NCBI GenBank assembly: GCA_012295275.1
Contig: CM022667.1
Location: 1,054,001 to 1,118,000 of the forward strand
Length of the DNA stretch: 64,000 nt
Source of the DNA: Chrysomallon squamiferum
Taxonomy: Eukaryota; Animalia; Mollusca
Reading direction: 5' to 3'
Positions 45,951 through 60,525 of the stretch are shown here, one piece after another. Position 1 is the stretch's first letter, and every line of letters begins with the position of its first letter. The translations under genes and the position numbers were made by a program. Below the pieces are notes generated by a model that was not told where the DNA came from, did no database searches, and worked only from the letters and a program-made list of their open reading frames with translations.

Positions 45951-46921
45951 TTCTGTACAACATGCCACCTAGGAGAAGACAACTGTCTCTATGTTGGAAT
46001 TACAAAATAACACTTAAAAGTTTCTGAACTTCGTCTTCGTGCCAAGAAAAAAATTTCTATATTGATAAAATCCAATGTAAAATTTAATTTTTAAAGTGCT
46101 CCTCTTGTGGTATGAATAAGTGGTCTTAAAAAAATGTGTTTTATTTCCAAGTTATTTTTTTTCTTTAACCATGGTGAACTGTTATTTCTCAAAGTAAATT
46201 CTGACAGTCAAACAATACTGTTTATAAAATGTTTGAATGCTGCCATTTTATCTATTCACAAGTGAGTATTGGTGTCATTGAGTACATTGGCAGACTGACA
46301 GCTGTATTTTTTTGTGACAACATTAAATGAAACTTTAGAATTAAGTTGTCCACCTTGTTTGTAATGATATCATTCTGCATAAAAATGGAGGCCCCCCAGA
46401 TATATTAAAACTGTATCCTGTTGTTATACTTTATTATTAATAAAGATTGGATTGCAAAAAAAATAAAAAAATAAAAATAAAAAAAAAAAAATACAAATAA
46501 ATAAAAAAATTTAAGTTAAAAATAATAAATAATTAAATGTAAATAATAAATGAAAAAGTAATAATAAATAAAACAAAACAAAAGCAATAACAACAACAAA
46601 TGAACAAATAAATAAATAACTAAATAAAAAATTGAAGATGCAGAATGTTTGGACAAAGGAACATTTTAATTAGTCCAAATTTATATACTGACAGAAACTG
46701 AAATGGTTAATAAAAGTAATTATTTATTAATAAATTAGTTTAAAAATGAATTTAGTTTAATAATTTATTGTAAAAGTTCAACAAATCAAAGATGAATTGA
46801 GATTAATAGTATTTTAATAAAACAATTAAAATAAATAATTAAATATTAGAAAATAACAACATCAACAATAATAGCAGTAAAAACAAAAGAGATGATTATG
46901 ATGATGGTAATATAATAAATA

Positions 46922-46955
<34 letters not shown>

Positions 46956-46977
46956 TTAATAATAATAATAATAATAA

Positions 46978-47008
<31 letters not shown>

Positions 47009-47581
47009 AATATATATAAAATTATTTTATAATATAAGATAAATATTTTGTCTTAACTTTGATAAATTAAACACTTATAATAAAAAAATGAAATAAAAAA
47101 AAATGATAGAAGTGTTAGTTAATATTTTTGACATTTTAAGTAATGAATCTAATTTAGAATTTTTTTTTTTTTTTAATAATTAGAGAAGACTATGTCAGGT
47201 AAAAAGATAATTACTTTTGATGTTATTAGTTTAATTATCCATGAAAATGTCACGCTCAGAAATAAATTCACTGGTGTTGAACTGTAGGAGATCAAAGGTG
47301 CTTGTTGGAAATGGGTATCGCGTGGTAATGCAAATACACAAATAAGACTGAGTTGTTAATTACTTTTTGTAGCTTTTTAAATGTAACAAAATGTACAGTT
47401 TCAAATTTATAAAATATTTATATAATAAATGTTGAGAAGCAATTTCTGTTTTATCACATACACGAAAATACCCAATGTCTGTCTTCCATCTTTTCCATTC
47501 CATCTTTTATTTTTTTTTATTTATATTATTATTTTTAAACACATCCATTATTTTCTAGTTTTAAAAATTGTTTTAAAGGAT

Positions 47582-47618
<37 letters not shown>

Positions 47619-48569
47619 CTTTTTCTAATTCCTTCTTATTAATTAATTAATTAATTTATAATTTTGTTTCATCTATATTTATTATATTTTTTCTTCTTTC
47701 ATTTTATTTATTTATTTATTTTATTTTATTTTATTTTTTTTTTTATTTTATTTATTTTATTTATTTTATTTATTTTATTATTTTATTTTTGTTTATTTAA
47801 TAATTTTATTCTACTTTATTTTATTATATTATTATTGTTGTTGTTATTATTATCATTATTATTATTACTGTCACTACTACTATTATTATTGTTATTATTA
47901 TTATGTAATTATTGTGTTGTTGTTGTTGTTATTATTATTATTATTATGTTACTTTATACTTGGTGTTATTATGTAATTCTGGAATTTATTTCATGTAAAA
48001 AATAAAACGATTTCCCTTCTTTTCTTTTTCTTTCTTTTTTAAACTGAGAACATTAATGATAAATGTCATGTGAAGAATGCACTTTTTAGTGAAAATGTTT
48101 CAGGAATTTTTTTTATTCGTTGATTTATTATTATTATTTTATTTTTTAAATTTAAAAAAAAAAATTAAAACATATTGTCTGGTTTTAACTGAAGGTTCAA
48201 ATCACCAAAAAAAGATGACTAGAAAAAATTAATGACTGAGATGGTAACTTAACACAGATTTGGATTAATAGGGAATATTTAATGCGTTAACCGAAGATCC
48301 CCTAACAGCTTCTTCATGTTTGTCTCTCTTTGCAACTCTTTCCAAGAACCTGGGTTTCCCAATTTCAACATTACTAGCATTAGGTATGCACAATCCAAGA
48401 TCTAGATGACTGATAGTGGTGGATGGATATTGTTAAAGACAGAGGACAAACAGACAGATTAAAAAGACACCATTAAATTAAAATCTCTAAAATTCTAATG
48501 AAGGCTAAAATATTATCAATGTGACATTATTATATTAAAATGCTGAGTGTTATGAATATTATTATAAAC

Positions 48570-48603
<34 letters not shown>

Positions 48604-48741
48604 TTCTTGTTAAGAATATTAATAATAATATTTCTAATATTTCAGACATCTTCCTGGATTTTATCCATGTTTACATGTATCAGCATGAAAATACTGAATT
48701 TTATATCTTCATTTTATATTTAAAGAAAAAAAAACCACCAG

Positions 48742-48775
<34 letters not shown>

Positions 48776-49002
48776 AGAATGGCAAAATAAAAATAAAAAT
48801 AAGATAGAATGAAAGAAAGAATAAAGGAAAAAGATCACACAGGGGTTGGTCCTAAAATAAATGTTGTACTTTGTCAAGAATAATTTTGTCTGGAGCCTAT
48901 ACACATAAAAATTCTATTACAAAGTAGTAGTTTTATTGTAAAATATTTATTCCTGTTTATCTGTGAACCTATATGTGTGTGCATGCATGTGTGGTATGGT
49001 GT

Positions 49003-49059
<57 letters not shown>

Positions 49060-50339
49060 ACTTTTAGTTGCAAACTTTAATGAGCAGAATATGTAAGACA
49101 TTTCCTTCTTTCACCTGCAATTAAAACAAAATAATAATAATAAAACTAAAAGAAAAACTGAAAAGAAAAGAAAAAGCTTATAACCATTGTGGAGGTGTAG
49201 GAAGCTGATAACAGAACAGTAACATTAAATCTCAATTAATAAATAAAACAATCAATACTAAGTACAGAGTTACATATTAAAAAAAAAATAAAAAAAATAA
49301 AATAAAATAAAGAAAAAATAAAACTGGTAACTCAGCCTTTATAGTAATTTTGCAATTATTGTTTTAACATTTAAATTAACAATTTTATACACTATAGGCT
49401 GAAGTATTTGAGAAAGGAAAACATATTCTATTTAAAGATTAACTCAATTTATTATGATATGTTTTGTATGATAATGAAAAAAGAAATTTAAGTAAACTAT
49501 TTTTTTTCAATTAGCAATAAAAACCTATTTTTTTATGCAGAAAATACTAAGAATTTTGATATATTATTAATGGGAACTGTTGTAACTGCCAGAGAATGTT
49601 TGTTACTCTTATGAAGGGAGATGGGTCTCAGATCAGTACTTTTCTTTGAACATTTCAGTTATTTCCCGTTCCAACCAGCATCCAGGTTTGTTAATGAAAA
49701 GGATATAAGAGAATAAGAGAAATCCTTTAGTAACTCATTTCCTCTCTAGTTATTTTTGTAAATCATGACATAAGATATATTGGATATTGATGGATTGTCA
49801 ATCCAGTTGTCTGCAAGAAAGGTTCTGAATTATTTTCTGTAACATTGACAAATATCTTATTTTTAATAAAATACCTCAAACAAAGTGGTGTATTAAAGAA
49901 AACAAGCAATATTTTATTAATTAAATAAATAAATAAATAAATAAGGAAAGAAAGAAAGAAAGAAAAAGAAAATAAATAAGTAAATAAAAATATTATGATT
50001 TCATAACAAACGCAGACAGAAAAATATCTGTTTGAACTTTATCATTATTGTGATTATTTTTATAAAAGAAAATAAGAAAGAAAAGAAATCAAAGAAAACA
50101 AAATACAGCAACATATGTTAATAATAATAATAATAAAAATATTTCATTAATTTAAAAATCTTTATTTCTCAACAGAAAATGTACAATTATTTATAAATAA
50201 TAAAAAAACAAATTCAAATGATATGTAATTAAATAGTTAATTGAAATAGACATCTATTATAGGTATAATTACTTAAATTTAGCATATTCACAACAAAGTC
50301 TCAACTGAGTGCTTGACCAACTAAAAATGTATTTGAAAA

Positions 50340-50371
<32 letters not shown>

Positions 50372-51642
50372 ACCACTTATTTTGTATACTAATGACAATA
50401 TGTTTTTATACTTTGACTTGTTTATTTTATACAATTATGACAGTTAATTTTTATAATTTAAAGTCTTATTTTATATACTTCTTACATATGGCCATATTTA
50501 TATTTTTATACTTTTGTTTATTTTATATATTTATAACAGTAAATATTTATATTTCTGTTATTTTAAATATTTATGACAGTCTAATAACTGTTAATATTAA
50601 AATAATGATTATCTGTTACTATTATAATTTTAATCACAGGTATAAGCTGAAGCACAACTGGCATAACACTAGTTATTATTATTTTTTTTTAAATCCTGAG
50701 CAATAAAATGATAAACTGACAGAAAATAAATTAATTTTAAAAAACTCTCATCATTTTATATCACATTTTTATTAAAACAAAAGAGAAATAATTTATAAAA
50801 ATAAATGTTCTTGTTTTTATCAACAGAATTTTGTTGAACTGATATTTCAAGGGAAGCAACTCCAAAATACGAATGTCAAGAATAAATTTAATAATAAAAT
50901 AAAAAGGATCGTCCACTCAGATATGTATATAAATCTGTTTGTGAAATGTTAATAAACATTAGGCATATATATGAAGAACTCCATCACAGAAAAAAATGTT
51001 GGCAAATGTTAATTGTACATTTTATTAAACATAAAAACACACAGTCTGATAAATAATGGTTTCTGTATTTACAAATTATTCTACAAAACAAAATTGCTAC
51101 AGAGCAAAGGGTTTATTTTGCCATTTCATATACATATTCCTTTATTTCACTACACATTTAGGACATTTAAAGATTTTTGAAATAATATCCATAGCAGCCA
51201 TACACAATTTAATATAATTAAAGATTTTATTGCAAATTTTGTTTTTAATAAATTATCCTGAGAAAAAAATATATATAAAAATAATGAAACAAACATATTC
51301 CAAAAATGAAGATGATAGTAAATAAATAAATAAAAAAAAAATTATACGATTTCCAAGAATATACAGAAAGAAAAATATCTATTTGAACTTTATCTTTGTG
51401 TCTTTGATAACAACAATAACAACAAGAAGAAGAATTAGTGGCAATTAAAAAAAACAAATTCTATTTTGGCTGAACTAAAAATAAATTTAAAAACAAAATA
51501 AACGTCCATCTCTATTTAATACTGCATGGAATGGAATGTAAGTGATACCTATTACAGGTATAAAGATACACAAGGTAAGTTACACCTGTACAGGTAGACA
51601 AAAATATACACACAGGTGAGAAAATAATATTATCTGTGATAT

Positions 51643-51723
51643 TCAGGCCACTCTCCAAGGATCAGAAATGCCACTGCCCCTTTGTATTTGATTCCAAGTT
51701 TTTCTGTTTGTTTTCAGAGCCAT
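51643..51723 (-). CDS. CCDC113: CCDC113 exon 8, terminal coding part (MALKTNRKTWNQIQRGSGISDPWRVA*)
   Basis: TTTCAG acceptor, TGA at 51645-51643. Spliced CDS totals 1140 nt (379 aa plus stop), the size expected for CCDC113. Confidence 0.88.
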   Translation of the reverse strand: MALKTNRKTWNQIQRGSGISDPWRVA

Positions 51724-52155
51724 CTGAAACAAAAGAGTTAAATTTTTAACAAAAATAAGGTAAAACTGATTTTAAAAAGTTCTTGCACATATTTCTTTAA
51801 TTATGTTTATATTTTTTTTTAATAAACTGTGAGTGTATTTGTTTGTGTAAATATGTATAAGAAAAATGGGTATGTGCTTATGTACATACATCATAATCTG
51901 TATATCTGTTATTATTATTATTTTTATTTTTATTATTATTATTATTATTACTATTTAACTCATACATAATTTCTTTTTTCTTCTTAATAAAGATATTTAA
52001 AAATCCTTAACAGCATTACTAATGCAGACCCATGAGTCTGCAGGGATTTTATCTATTATTTTTATTATGCACAGTTTTGTTCTCGTATACTTTTTAATGC
52101 TCAAACATTAACTTTAACGCAATTTTTTTTTACATATTCATTATTTTTCACTTAC

Positions 52156-52311
52156 GTCTGCAATTTCTACTTTTCTTTCCCAGCTCTTGACCTTCTTCTT
52201 GATCTCGTAGAGGTCTGCTTTCTCGTGCACATACTGCATGACCTCGGGCACTCGGAAGTCGGCCAGCTCCTGTCGAAGTTTGCGATTTATTGTCTCAGCC
52301 TTCGCACGCTC
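52156..52311 (-). CDS. CCDC113: CCDC113 exon 7 (ERAKAETINRKLRQELADFRVPEVMQYVHEKADLYEIKKKVKSWERKVEIAD)
   Basis: CAG acceptor, GTAAGT donor, 156 nt, conserved VPxVMxYV and WERKVEIA motifs. Confidence 0.95.
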
Positions 52312-52713
52312 CTGCAGAATATAAAATACAAGTTGTGTTACAGCATTAAATTAAAAGTATATTAAAGCATGATATTAACATTTTTGTAGATTAATACACA
52401 ATACCATATAATTATGTTACTCTCAGTTTATAATATTGCTTGAGTTATAAATTGCTTGGCACAGTTCATAGTTTGTTCTGTCCAGTTTATAAATTGTTCT
52501 GCACAGTTTATAGATTGTTCTGCACAGACTTTAAATTGACAAATGGGCTGCCCATTTTAAAAACAGATGTGATTGAACTGTGAAATAATATGAAAAGATG
52601 CAGTTACATTATTCTCTCAAATTTGAAATAACTTTTCTTTACCCACACAGATATCACACTTTTAGCTGAAACTGTACGATTATAACTGAAATAATCTAAA
52701 AGAAGAAACTCAC

Positions 52714-52821
52714 CACTTCAACAGTTTTTGTTTCTGAATCGATTCTCCTGAGAAGATCATTTCTTGAGCTTATTTCTGTCTCCAGTCTTTCGGATTCCAT
52801 TGTCAATGTGTGCAGTTTTTT
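52714..52821 (-). CDS. CCDC113: CCDC113 exon 6 (KKLHTLTMESERLETEISSRNDLLRRIDSETKTVEV)
   Basis: TAG acceptor, GTGAGT donor, 108 nt. Confidence 0.92.
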
Positions 52822-53345
52822 CTACAATTAACAAATCATTTACTGTTATACATTATTTGGCAGCATAACTGAATGAAGATTACAAAGGATTTTTCTTTTT
52901 TTTGTTCTTAATTCAGTCTAACTGAAACCGAGTGAGACAAATCCAAAATTCCAACATAATGATTATAAATATTGTTATACTAGAATAATTGCTCATTTCC
53001 TAACTATTAGTTAACTTATATAAATAGAGAATCTGATTTTGTTTTAAAGAAATGAACAAAATTAAAAGAAAAATACTAACATAAACTTAAGTTTTCCTTA
53101 TTATCATATTTAAATAGAGAATTTAAAAAGGATTTATTTTTAGAGTAAAAATACACAACAAACACTAGTTAATAATTCCAGAAATCTGTTACCATATTTA
53201 AACAGAGAATTTAAAAAATATTTTAAAAAAAAAGATAAGAAAACAAGAAATGGCTAAAATTATTATTAATTATTCCATAACGCTATTACCACATTTATAT
53301 AGAGAATTTAAATTAAATTTTTAAAATAATTTTTTTAAAAATCAC

Positions 53346-53501
53346 CTTGTATATGTTTAACACTTGAAGCGTGTTTCCAGCCATGAGTTTGAGGCGGAGC
53401 AGGTCCTGATTTCTTTCATCAATCTTCTCCAAGTACTGCTGATTCTCAATCTTCAGCTGGTTAAAATCTACCTCATGCAGAACCTCACCCATCTCCTCTT
53501 T
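53346..53501 (-). CDS. CCDC113: CCDC113 exon 5 (KEEMGEVLHEVDFNQLKIENQQYLEKIDERNQDLLRLKLMAGNTLQVLNIYK)
   Basis: AG/GT boundaries, 156 nt. LHxVDFxQLKIEN...IxERNxxL is the DUF4201 (CCDC113/CCDC96) signature. Confidence 0.95.
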
Positions 53502-54127
53502 CTGAAATCACACATAAAAAATGTCAGAACGCTCTATTTTTAAAATGAACAAAATGCTTGAGGATTATGGGGTCAGTGTTTATGTTGCAATGAATTGGAT
53601 TGCAATTTACAAAGACGGATGGATTAAGCAATGTTTGAAATTTGTTTTTGTGAAAAAGCTTGAAAAGAATGTTGTGATAAATGCAATAACTTATGCTGTA
53701 TTTTTTAAAATCAAATAAATATATGAGGATTACAGAGAAAATGCTTATCAAGTTATGAACTGGATTGTAAATTATGAAGTTCACAGATTAAATATTGTTT
53801 ATAATTTGTTTTTGTGAAGAAAAAAAAACAAGCAAAAAATGATAATAGATATTGTTAATATACATAAAGCTATTTTCTTTTATAATACTGAAGGTGTGTT
53901 TTATCCATTTAGTTACTGATGTAAGACTGTAAATTCAAATTAGTAATAATAATAATAATAATAAATGATTTTCCACTCCAGCCCAACTCTGTAAGAAAAA
54001 GGAAGCAACAGCAAAAGAAACAGATTAAAATTCAGAGAATAAGATAAAAAAAATAATATATATATCCAATATTAAATAAATAAAATATTTTTAAAACATT
54101 TAATTTAAATCTGTAGTCTTTACAAAC

Positions 54128-54208
54128 CTGTTTTAACTGCAAATGTAGCTTCTTCTTCTGAACCTTCAGTGTGGAGTTTTTTAGACGTAATTTTTCAATC
54201 AGAGTGTC
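54128..54208 (-). CDS. CCDC113: CCDC113 exon 4 (DTLIEKLRLKNSTLKVQKKKLHLQLKQ)
   Basis: AG/GT boundaries, 81 nt, conserved KLRLKN motif. Confidence 0.93.
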
Positions 54209-54573
54209 CTGGCAACAGAAATAAAATATAAAAAAATAAAAAATCTCATTTCAAAACAATCTATAATTTATTTCCTGTATATAAACAATTTGCTGAAGTT
54301 ACAACATTAAACTGAAGAAAAATAATCCTGAAAAACATACCTAATTCTTGATACCCATGTATCACATTTATAACATATATAAAGCTTATGAAATTCCAGC
54401 TTGATCTGATGAATGTTTTTTTCAGTTATATTTGCAATAATTAATTATTTAAAAAATAAAACACATCATCAAGCTGACAAAGTCCTACAGGTTTATGGGT
54501 GATCAAGGCACTCAGTGTATTATAAACTGATCTAATACCTAGTGTTTTGCATAAAAAAAAGTTTTTAACATAC

Positions 54574-54729
54574 CCTTGCTCTCAGTCTGTCTTCAAAGTA
54601 TCGGATCACTTTTTCAGCTATCACTTTGCCTGTCCTTTGATTGACAGCTCCCTTCACTATATCTCTGTCAAATTCATACGACTCTTTTTTAATCTCAGCC
54701 AGTCGCAGGTCTGCCTCTTCCATTATTGC
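54574..54729 (-). CDS. CCDC113: CCDC113 exon 3 (AIMEEADLRLAEIKKESYEFDRDIVKGAVNQRTGKVIAEKVIRYFEDRLRAR)
   Basis: AG/GT boundaries, 156 nt, phase 0, open frame. Confidence 0.93.
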
Positions 54730-55014
54730 CTGACATATGAAAATTAATATTCATAGATTTTATACTTACACTCACCAACATACATGATATACAGATAAAT
54801 AGGAGATGTAATATGAATCAGAGAAAATGTAATTCTGATTGTGTAGATATGTATTGTATGTCTTGTATATAATGTATATGTGTGTGTTTTTAATGTTATG
54901 TTTGATCTGTGCATATATGTCCATATGTATATCTGTATGTGTTTATATTGTGTTTTGTATGTGTGTATATATGTGTGCATATTTGTACATACATCAACAT
55001 TGTAACAATTATAC

Positions 55015-55318
55015 CTTATAGGTATCAAGGACTTTCTCAGACTCTTCATTTAATCTTTCAATCTCGTCTCGAAGCTCTTCAATTTCTCTCTGTGCTATAT
55101 CACACTTCTGTTCGGCGGTCAGTTTGATCAGTCTGTCCATGGTGCTGCTCCTGGATTTGGACCGCCTCCTGCCGACGCTGCGCACCTCTTGCTGCACCAA
55201 CACTGTGCCTGGAGCTGGCACTTGTAGCGATGTCCCAGTGACATCTTTAGTGGGTTCGACTCGTTTGAGGAACCTCTCAAACATCTGAGTCTCTGCAGCC
55301 AGAACTTCATTGGCTCGT
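55015..55318 (-). CDS. CCDC113: CCDC113 exon 2 (RANEVLAAETQMFERFLKRVEP...LTAEQKCDIAQREIEELRDEIERLNEESEKVLDTYK)
   Basis: Polypyrimidine-CAG acceptor, AAG|GTAT donor, 304 nt. ETxMFE and LTAEQKxxIAQRE motifs are typical of CCDC113. Confidence 0.93.
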
Positions 55319-55802
55319 CTGTTAGAAAGAAAGAAGAAGAAGAAGAAAAAAAAAAAGAAATTTAAAAAAATGTTTTTCATGTTACAGAAGATTAAAGGAG
55401 CTTTTATAATTAATACTAGTAGTATTGAATATGTACATTGCTGCATAGATTTGTAGAAACAGAGATCTGTTTCATGAATAAAATACATACAAATAATCTC
55501 TCTTATTATTAATATAACATTTTATAAAGTAAGTTTATTTTTATTTTTCATTTTTTTACTTTTGTTTTTATATATTTATTTGTTATTGTTGCCGTTGCGA
55601 CGAACATGTATATGTACGTAGATATATTGTGTGAGAGTCCGAGTGTGTATGCGAGTGTTAACATAAAATGATAAACAGACAAGTAAAAAATATTCGATCA
55701 TTTCATGTTAATGCTAAGATATAGGCATAATACAGAATACTACTTTGAATGTTATATTTATGAAAATGTTACTGAAATTATAAAAATGAAAACAATTCTT
55801 AC

Positions 55803-55900
55803 TGTGTCTCTTCCACCAACTGATATAACTGTTCATTTGTGAGATCTTGAAGAGGATCTTCTGCAGTATCGGTGCTGGTACTTCCTCTATCCGACTCCAT
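55803..55900 (-). CDS. CCDC113: CCDC113/CFAP263 exon 1 (MESDRGSTSTDTAEDPLQDLTNEQLYQLVEET-Q)
   Basis: ATG at 55900, 98 nt, CA|GTAAGA donor. Its phase 2 matches exon 2, and the acidic N-terminus ending in LVEE resembles CCDC113 as I recall it. Confidence 0.85.
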
Positions 55901-55912
55901 TTTGGTTTACTT

Positions 55913-55926
55913 GTTGCTATAGAAAT
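55913..55926. promoter_or_regulatory. RFX X-box (GTTGCTATAGAAAT) in the CCDC113 promoter/5'UTR
   Basis: Near match to the X-box consensus GTYNCYATRGNAAC, about 13 bp upstream of the ATG of a ciliary gene. An ETS-like CCGGAAG lies at about 55942. Confidence 0.65.
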
Positions 55927-57379
55927 ATACGGGCATTTATCCCGGAAGAGACCGTTCAAAACATAAACAAAATACAAGTCAAAATAATCGCGAACAACTA
56001 AAATCAAAACTATAATATTATTACAATTAGTAGTAACAAATTTGGTACAGTTTTATTAATGACTATATATATTTTTTATTATTTTTTTTAAAGAAGAAAA
56101 CAAAACAATATGATATTAGGTGATACAAGCGATATCCAAGCAAAGATAACTCTACCTAGAATGCATTTTGTACCACTTTTTTTTCTGATTCATTTTCATT
56201 TCGTAGAACCAAATTTGTTTTCTGTTAAAAAAAAAAATAATAATAATAATAAAAAAAATAATATCTTGTGAACCGTTATTTTTTAGCCATATCGAAGGAA
56301 GTGCATTTTATATCTGCACTTTAAAAATATTTTATCAAATCCTTTAGCTTTGTTCCTCAAACACGCGCACACACACACATAGACAATCTTCGTTTAGGCA
56401 TAAAGTGTTTTTTTCGTTAAGAAATTAAAATGTATTGGTTTGTTATTTCTAGATTTAATATAATAATAATAATAATAAGTAAATAAATACAATTCTAAGA
56501 CACAGCTGTTAAATGTTTGCACGTGACGTGATAGAAGTAATAATGATAAAAAAAATATATATAGAAGAAAAAAGTAATAATATAAAATAAATTGGTATGA
56601 TGTCGAAACAAATTTTTCTTAAACCCGGAAAACGGTTATAATATGTGTGTTTTTATGTATGTACGTACGTGTGTATGTAAAATATACGTGAACGATTGTT
56701 CATTTCAGCGAAGTCATAGATAAGTAACCTAATTATAAATGAAAGAAATCGATATCAGCATGAAAATATGAGTATAAAACTTGAACGAAAAAGATGAAAG
56801 AAACTAATAAAAAAAACTAAAAAAAACTGATATCTGATAGTCAATTTAACATTCTGTTTAGAGTCAGTTTAGACGTACCAGTGAAAATATGGTGTTTCGT
56901 TTTAGATTCTAAAGAATTGGATATTTTAGCATCATTTTATTCTGATATTTTCTTTCTGACGGCTATAAATATTTCTCTGGTAATTGTTTGGGAATGGAAT
57001 ACAAATGTAAACTGTTATTGATAAACACTTATAAATGTTTTCTAAACAATTTAACACGGTTAAATTAAACGCAGTCCGTAGGAAGCACTGGTTCGTTATT
57101 TCCCATCTTGAACTTAATTCGTAATGAAACAGCAACAACTACAACAACAGTGACAATAATAACAGCAGAAGCAACAAGAAAAACAACAACAGCAACATCA
57201 TCAGCAACAACAGCAACATCATCAGCAACAACAACAACAATAATAATAATAACAACAACTACAATAATAATTACAGTAATAATCATTCATTTTTAACGCT
57301 GGTCATTTTTTCACCATACAGTCAATATTTGAATTCTCATTAATTTGTATTATGGTTCTAATTTGGCGTGAATGTTCAT

Positions 57380-57538
57380 TAACCATCGGAGACAGACGAG
57401 TCGACGCGCATCCATTAGTTTCAATCAAGAAACGGATCTCGTAGAACGCAGTGAAAAAGAAAAAGAAAAAAGGGGGCAGCCGAATGGACGCGTTCGATTC
57501 TGCAGTACACGGCACGCAACAACCATCCGAGTAATAAG
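57380..57538 (+). promoter_or_regulatory. Candidate promoter / non-coding first exon of the PstS-receptor gene
   Basis: CpG-rich island ending in an AAG|GTAATA donor at 57539. The strong acceptor 7 nt before ATG 59414 implies an upstream exon. Confidence 0.4.
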
Positions 57539-57745
57539 GTAATATATTTTGTCATCCATTTTTGATTCGTGAGATTTGAATTGATTTTGACTTCCAGTGA
57601 ACAGGATTTCAAGAGTATTTATTTTTATTTATTTTTTCTGTTCGTTCTGTGATATTTCTTTTCGATAATTATCGTCAAAAACAGAAGTTTAAATGATATA
57701 TGGGTATAAGTATAAACACTAACTTCTCCTAGATATTACATATGA

Positions 57746-57804
<59 letters not shown>

Positions 57805-58211
57805 ATTTTTAGTGATATTGTAAATCCTGATAGTTTCTGTTATTTTCAGGACCGCTTAATTGATTCATATCACATATCTGCTTTATTGAATTTAATATTA
57901 GATTTATATTTTAAAATATAGGGGAAAAGGTAGGTGTTTTATATTTCAGAATAATTATTTTTATCGCCAGTGCTCAGTCTTAGGTTAAAATGGGTTGATT
58001 AATATTTAACTGTAGATTAAAACGGTTGCTTAACGTTTAAATGTAGACGAAAATACGTACATTTAACTGTGTTGACTAACATTTAAGTGTAGACCAAAAC
58101 GTTTTGATTAACGCTTTACTAACATATTAAAAACGTGTTGAATGCATGTTATTATTTTTTTTATTATTATTTTTTCCTCGATTAATTTTTGTTTTATTTA
58201 AATAACTGATG

Positions 58212-58245
<34 letters not shown>

Positions 58246-59072
58246 TTTCTTTTTAAACCTCTTTGTAACGAGAATAACAAAAATGTATCCATTTTGTAAT
58301 GATATTGATCAATAAAGTATAAGATATCGTATTAATAATATAAGAAGAAATACTGTAAATCCTTCTGCATACTTTTATTATTATTATTATTATCACTGTA
58401 GTTGTTATATTTTTGTGTTCGTTTTGTTTGTTGGTTTTCTAAACAACAAAATCAAACCGTTTAAAAATATCTGGACGCCGCCATTTTTTATCTTTTAGTG
58501 ACGTCAACGCGTGGAAGTCGGATCTTTTTGTTCCAAAGTTTCGTTTTGTCTCGTCACATTCCAGTAATATGAAACAAAATAAAATATAAATAGTAACAGT
58601 CTCGAGATTGGATTTGTAATGTGATAACGTCATTAAAGGTACAAGCTCACATCGTCATTGACACTATCTTTTGACACAGAGAGAAATAAATAGGACTCCT
58701 AATACACTGTATTTTGAGACGTGTGACTTCATATATTTGTTAATGGTTTTTTTCTCTCTCTGTTAATGAAGAAAAAAGAAGAGAATATACATTTATTTAG
58801 TGTCTTTTATTTATTGCGCTGTGTGGTATGTATATTTTAAATTAAAAAATGGTATATGAAGATGTTTGATTTAATCTGAAACGTTTAGTAATTTTTAAAG
58901 CTCTTGCATTATATAATATCAAAAATTATGTTAAAAAACAAAACAACAACAACAAAACAACCCAAAACAAATCTCATTCTATACTCAGTCTCGATCTGTG
59001 AAGAAACTTATTGACAGTCCTTGATTTAATGATACTTGCTTAAGCTGTAATCATTTTCACTGTGTGTGTGTG

Positions 59073-59107
<35 letters not shown>

Positions 59108-59413
59108 ATTGAGTGTGTGGTAAAGTAGACTGGAGAGAAAGAAAATGGAGAAAACAACGAGAAAGAAACAGATTAAGATATAGAGAGACAGAAATAGAGC
59201 AAACTACATATATATATACTATCTATCTATCAGACTACATATCTATGTATTTTACTCTCTTTTTATCTCTCTATAATCTTAATCTCTCTCTTTCTCTTTG
59301 TTTTATCCATTTTCTTTCTCTCCATTCTACTTTACCACACACTCACATTAACAGAAACTGATTATAATTTACATTTCAATGTTGTTTTTTTTTTTTTTTT
59401 TTTTAGTTTGAAG

Positions 59414-59763
59414 ATGACTTATGTTAAACAAACACGGCTGAACAACATCTTGGTTTTAACGTTCATCATCGCGTCATCATCCAATATTCGCTTGACCCAG
59501 CAAAACAACATCGTGGAGGTCACGGGAGCCGGAGCGTCTTTCCCCCTCGACGTCTACACGTCGTGGATTCCAGCATACGAAACTCACCGACGCCCGTTCA
59601 AAGACGTCAACATGGATTACAACAGCATCGGCAGCGGGCAAGGAAAGGCCAGGATTAAAGGCGAAGTGGAGCCCCGCGTGGATTACGCAGGATCAGATTC
59701 CGTGCTGTCCGACCAAGATTATCGAGACTTTCCAGATCTTCAGATGTTTCCAACAATGGCTGG
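59414..59763 (+). CDS. PstS-domain receptor guanylyl cyclase-like gene, first coding exon (signal peptide plus N-terminal part of the PstS phosphate-binding domain)
   Basis: Poly-T/AG acceptor at 59406, ATG at 59414, hydrophobic ILVLTFIIA, PstS motifs GAGASFP, YNSIGSGQG, DYAGSD and FPT. The GG|GTAAAT donor is phase-compatible with the acceptor ending at 60991. Confidence 0.88.
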
Positions 59764-59885
59764 GTAAATGTCTTTATGTGTCTACCTAAATGTCAGTTTT
59801 AGGGGTGGGGGTTAAACGAATGTTTGCTCACAACAACGTAATAATAAAATAATAATAATGAATAAGTTAATAATAATAAAAAAGA

Positions 59886-59929
<44 letters not shown>

Positions 59930-60423
59930 ACAAATAATGAACAAAACAAACAAACAAACAAATAAATAAATAAAAATTAAAAAAAAAAACTCCTCACAAT
60001 AATAAACCTCGAAGTACATATATATATATATGCAGTATATACTTTAGAATGTTTCTTCATATCGCTCTTGTTAGCTGGGTTTTAATATGCATGAGACAGG
60101 TTTAATCTATCTGTTTCATGTATGCAGGAAAGCCTTTAGAAATTATATCTGCTTGTGCATTTATCCATCTACACGCCTGACCTTTTGCCCGTTCATTGTA
60201 AACTTTTTTTTTTTTCTCCAATTAATAAGCTTTGTTGGTTAAATTAATAATTATTTTTCTTATTGCTGTCACTGACCGTGGTTCCACCCCCTAAGGTATC
60301 AAAGACATAGATAGATAAATAAATAGACAGATAGACATATACAGACATATAGAGATAGATAGATAGACAGATGGATAGATAGATAGATAGATAGACAGAT
60401 GGATAGATAGATAGATAGAGAGA

Positions 60424-60525
<102 letters not shown>

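Noticed and set aside
48265-48410. Possible minus-strand coding exon (open frames such as LGLCIPNASNVEIGKPRFLERVAKRDKHEE)
   Set aside because: No recognisable homology, weak acceptor and no partner exons; left uncalled.
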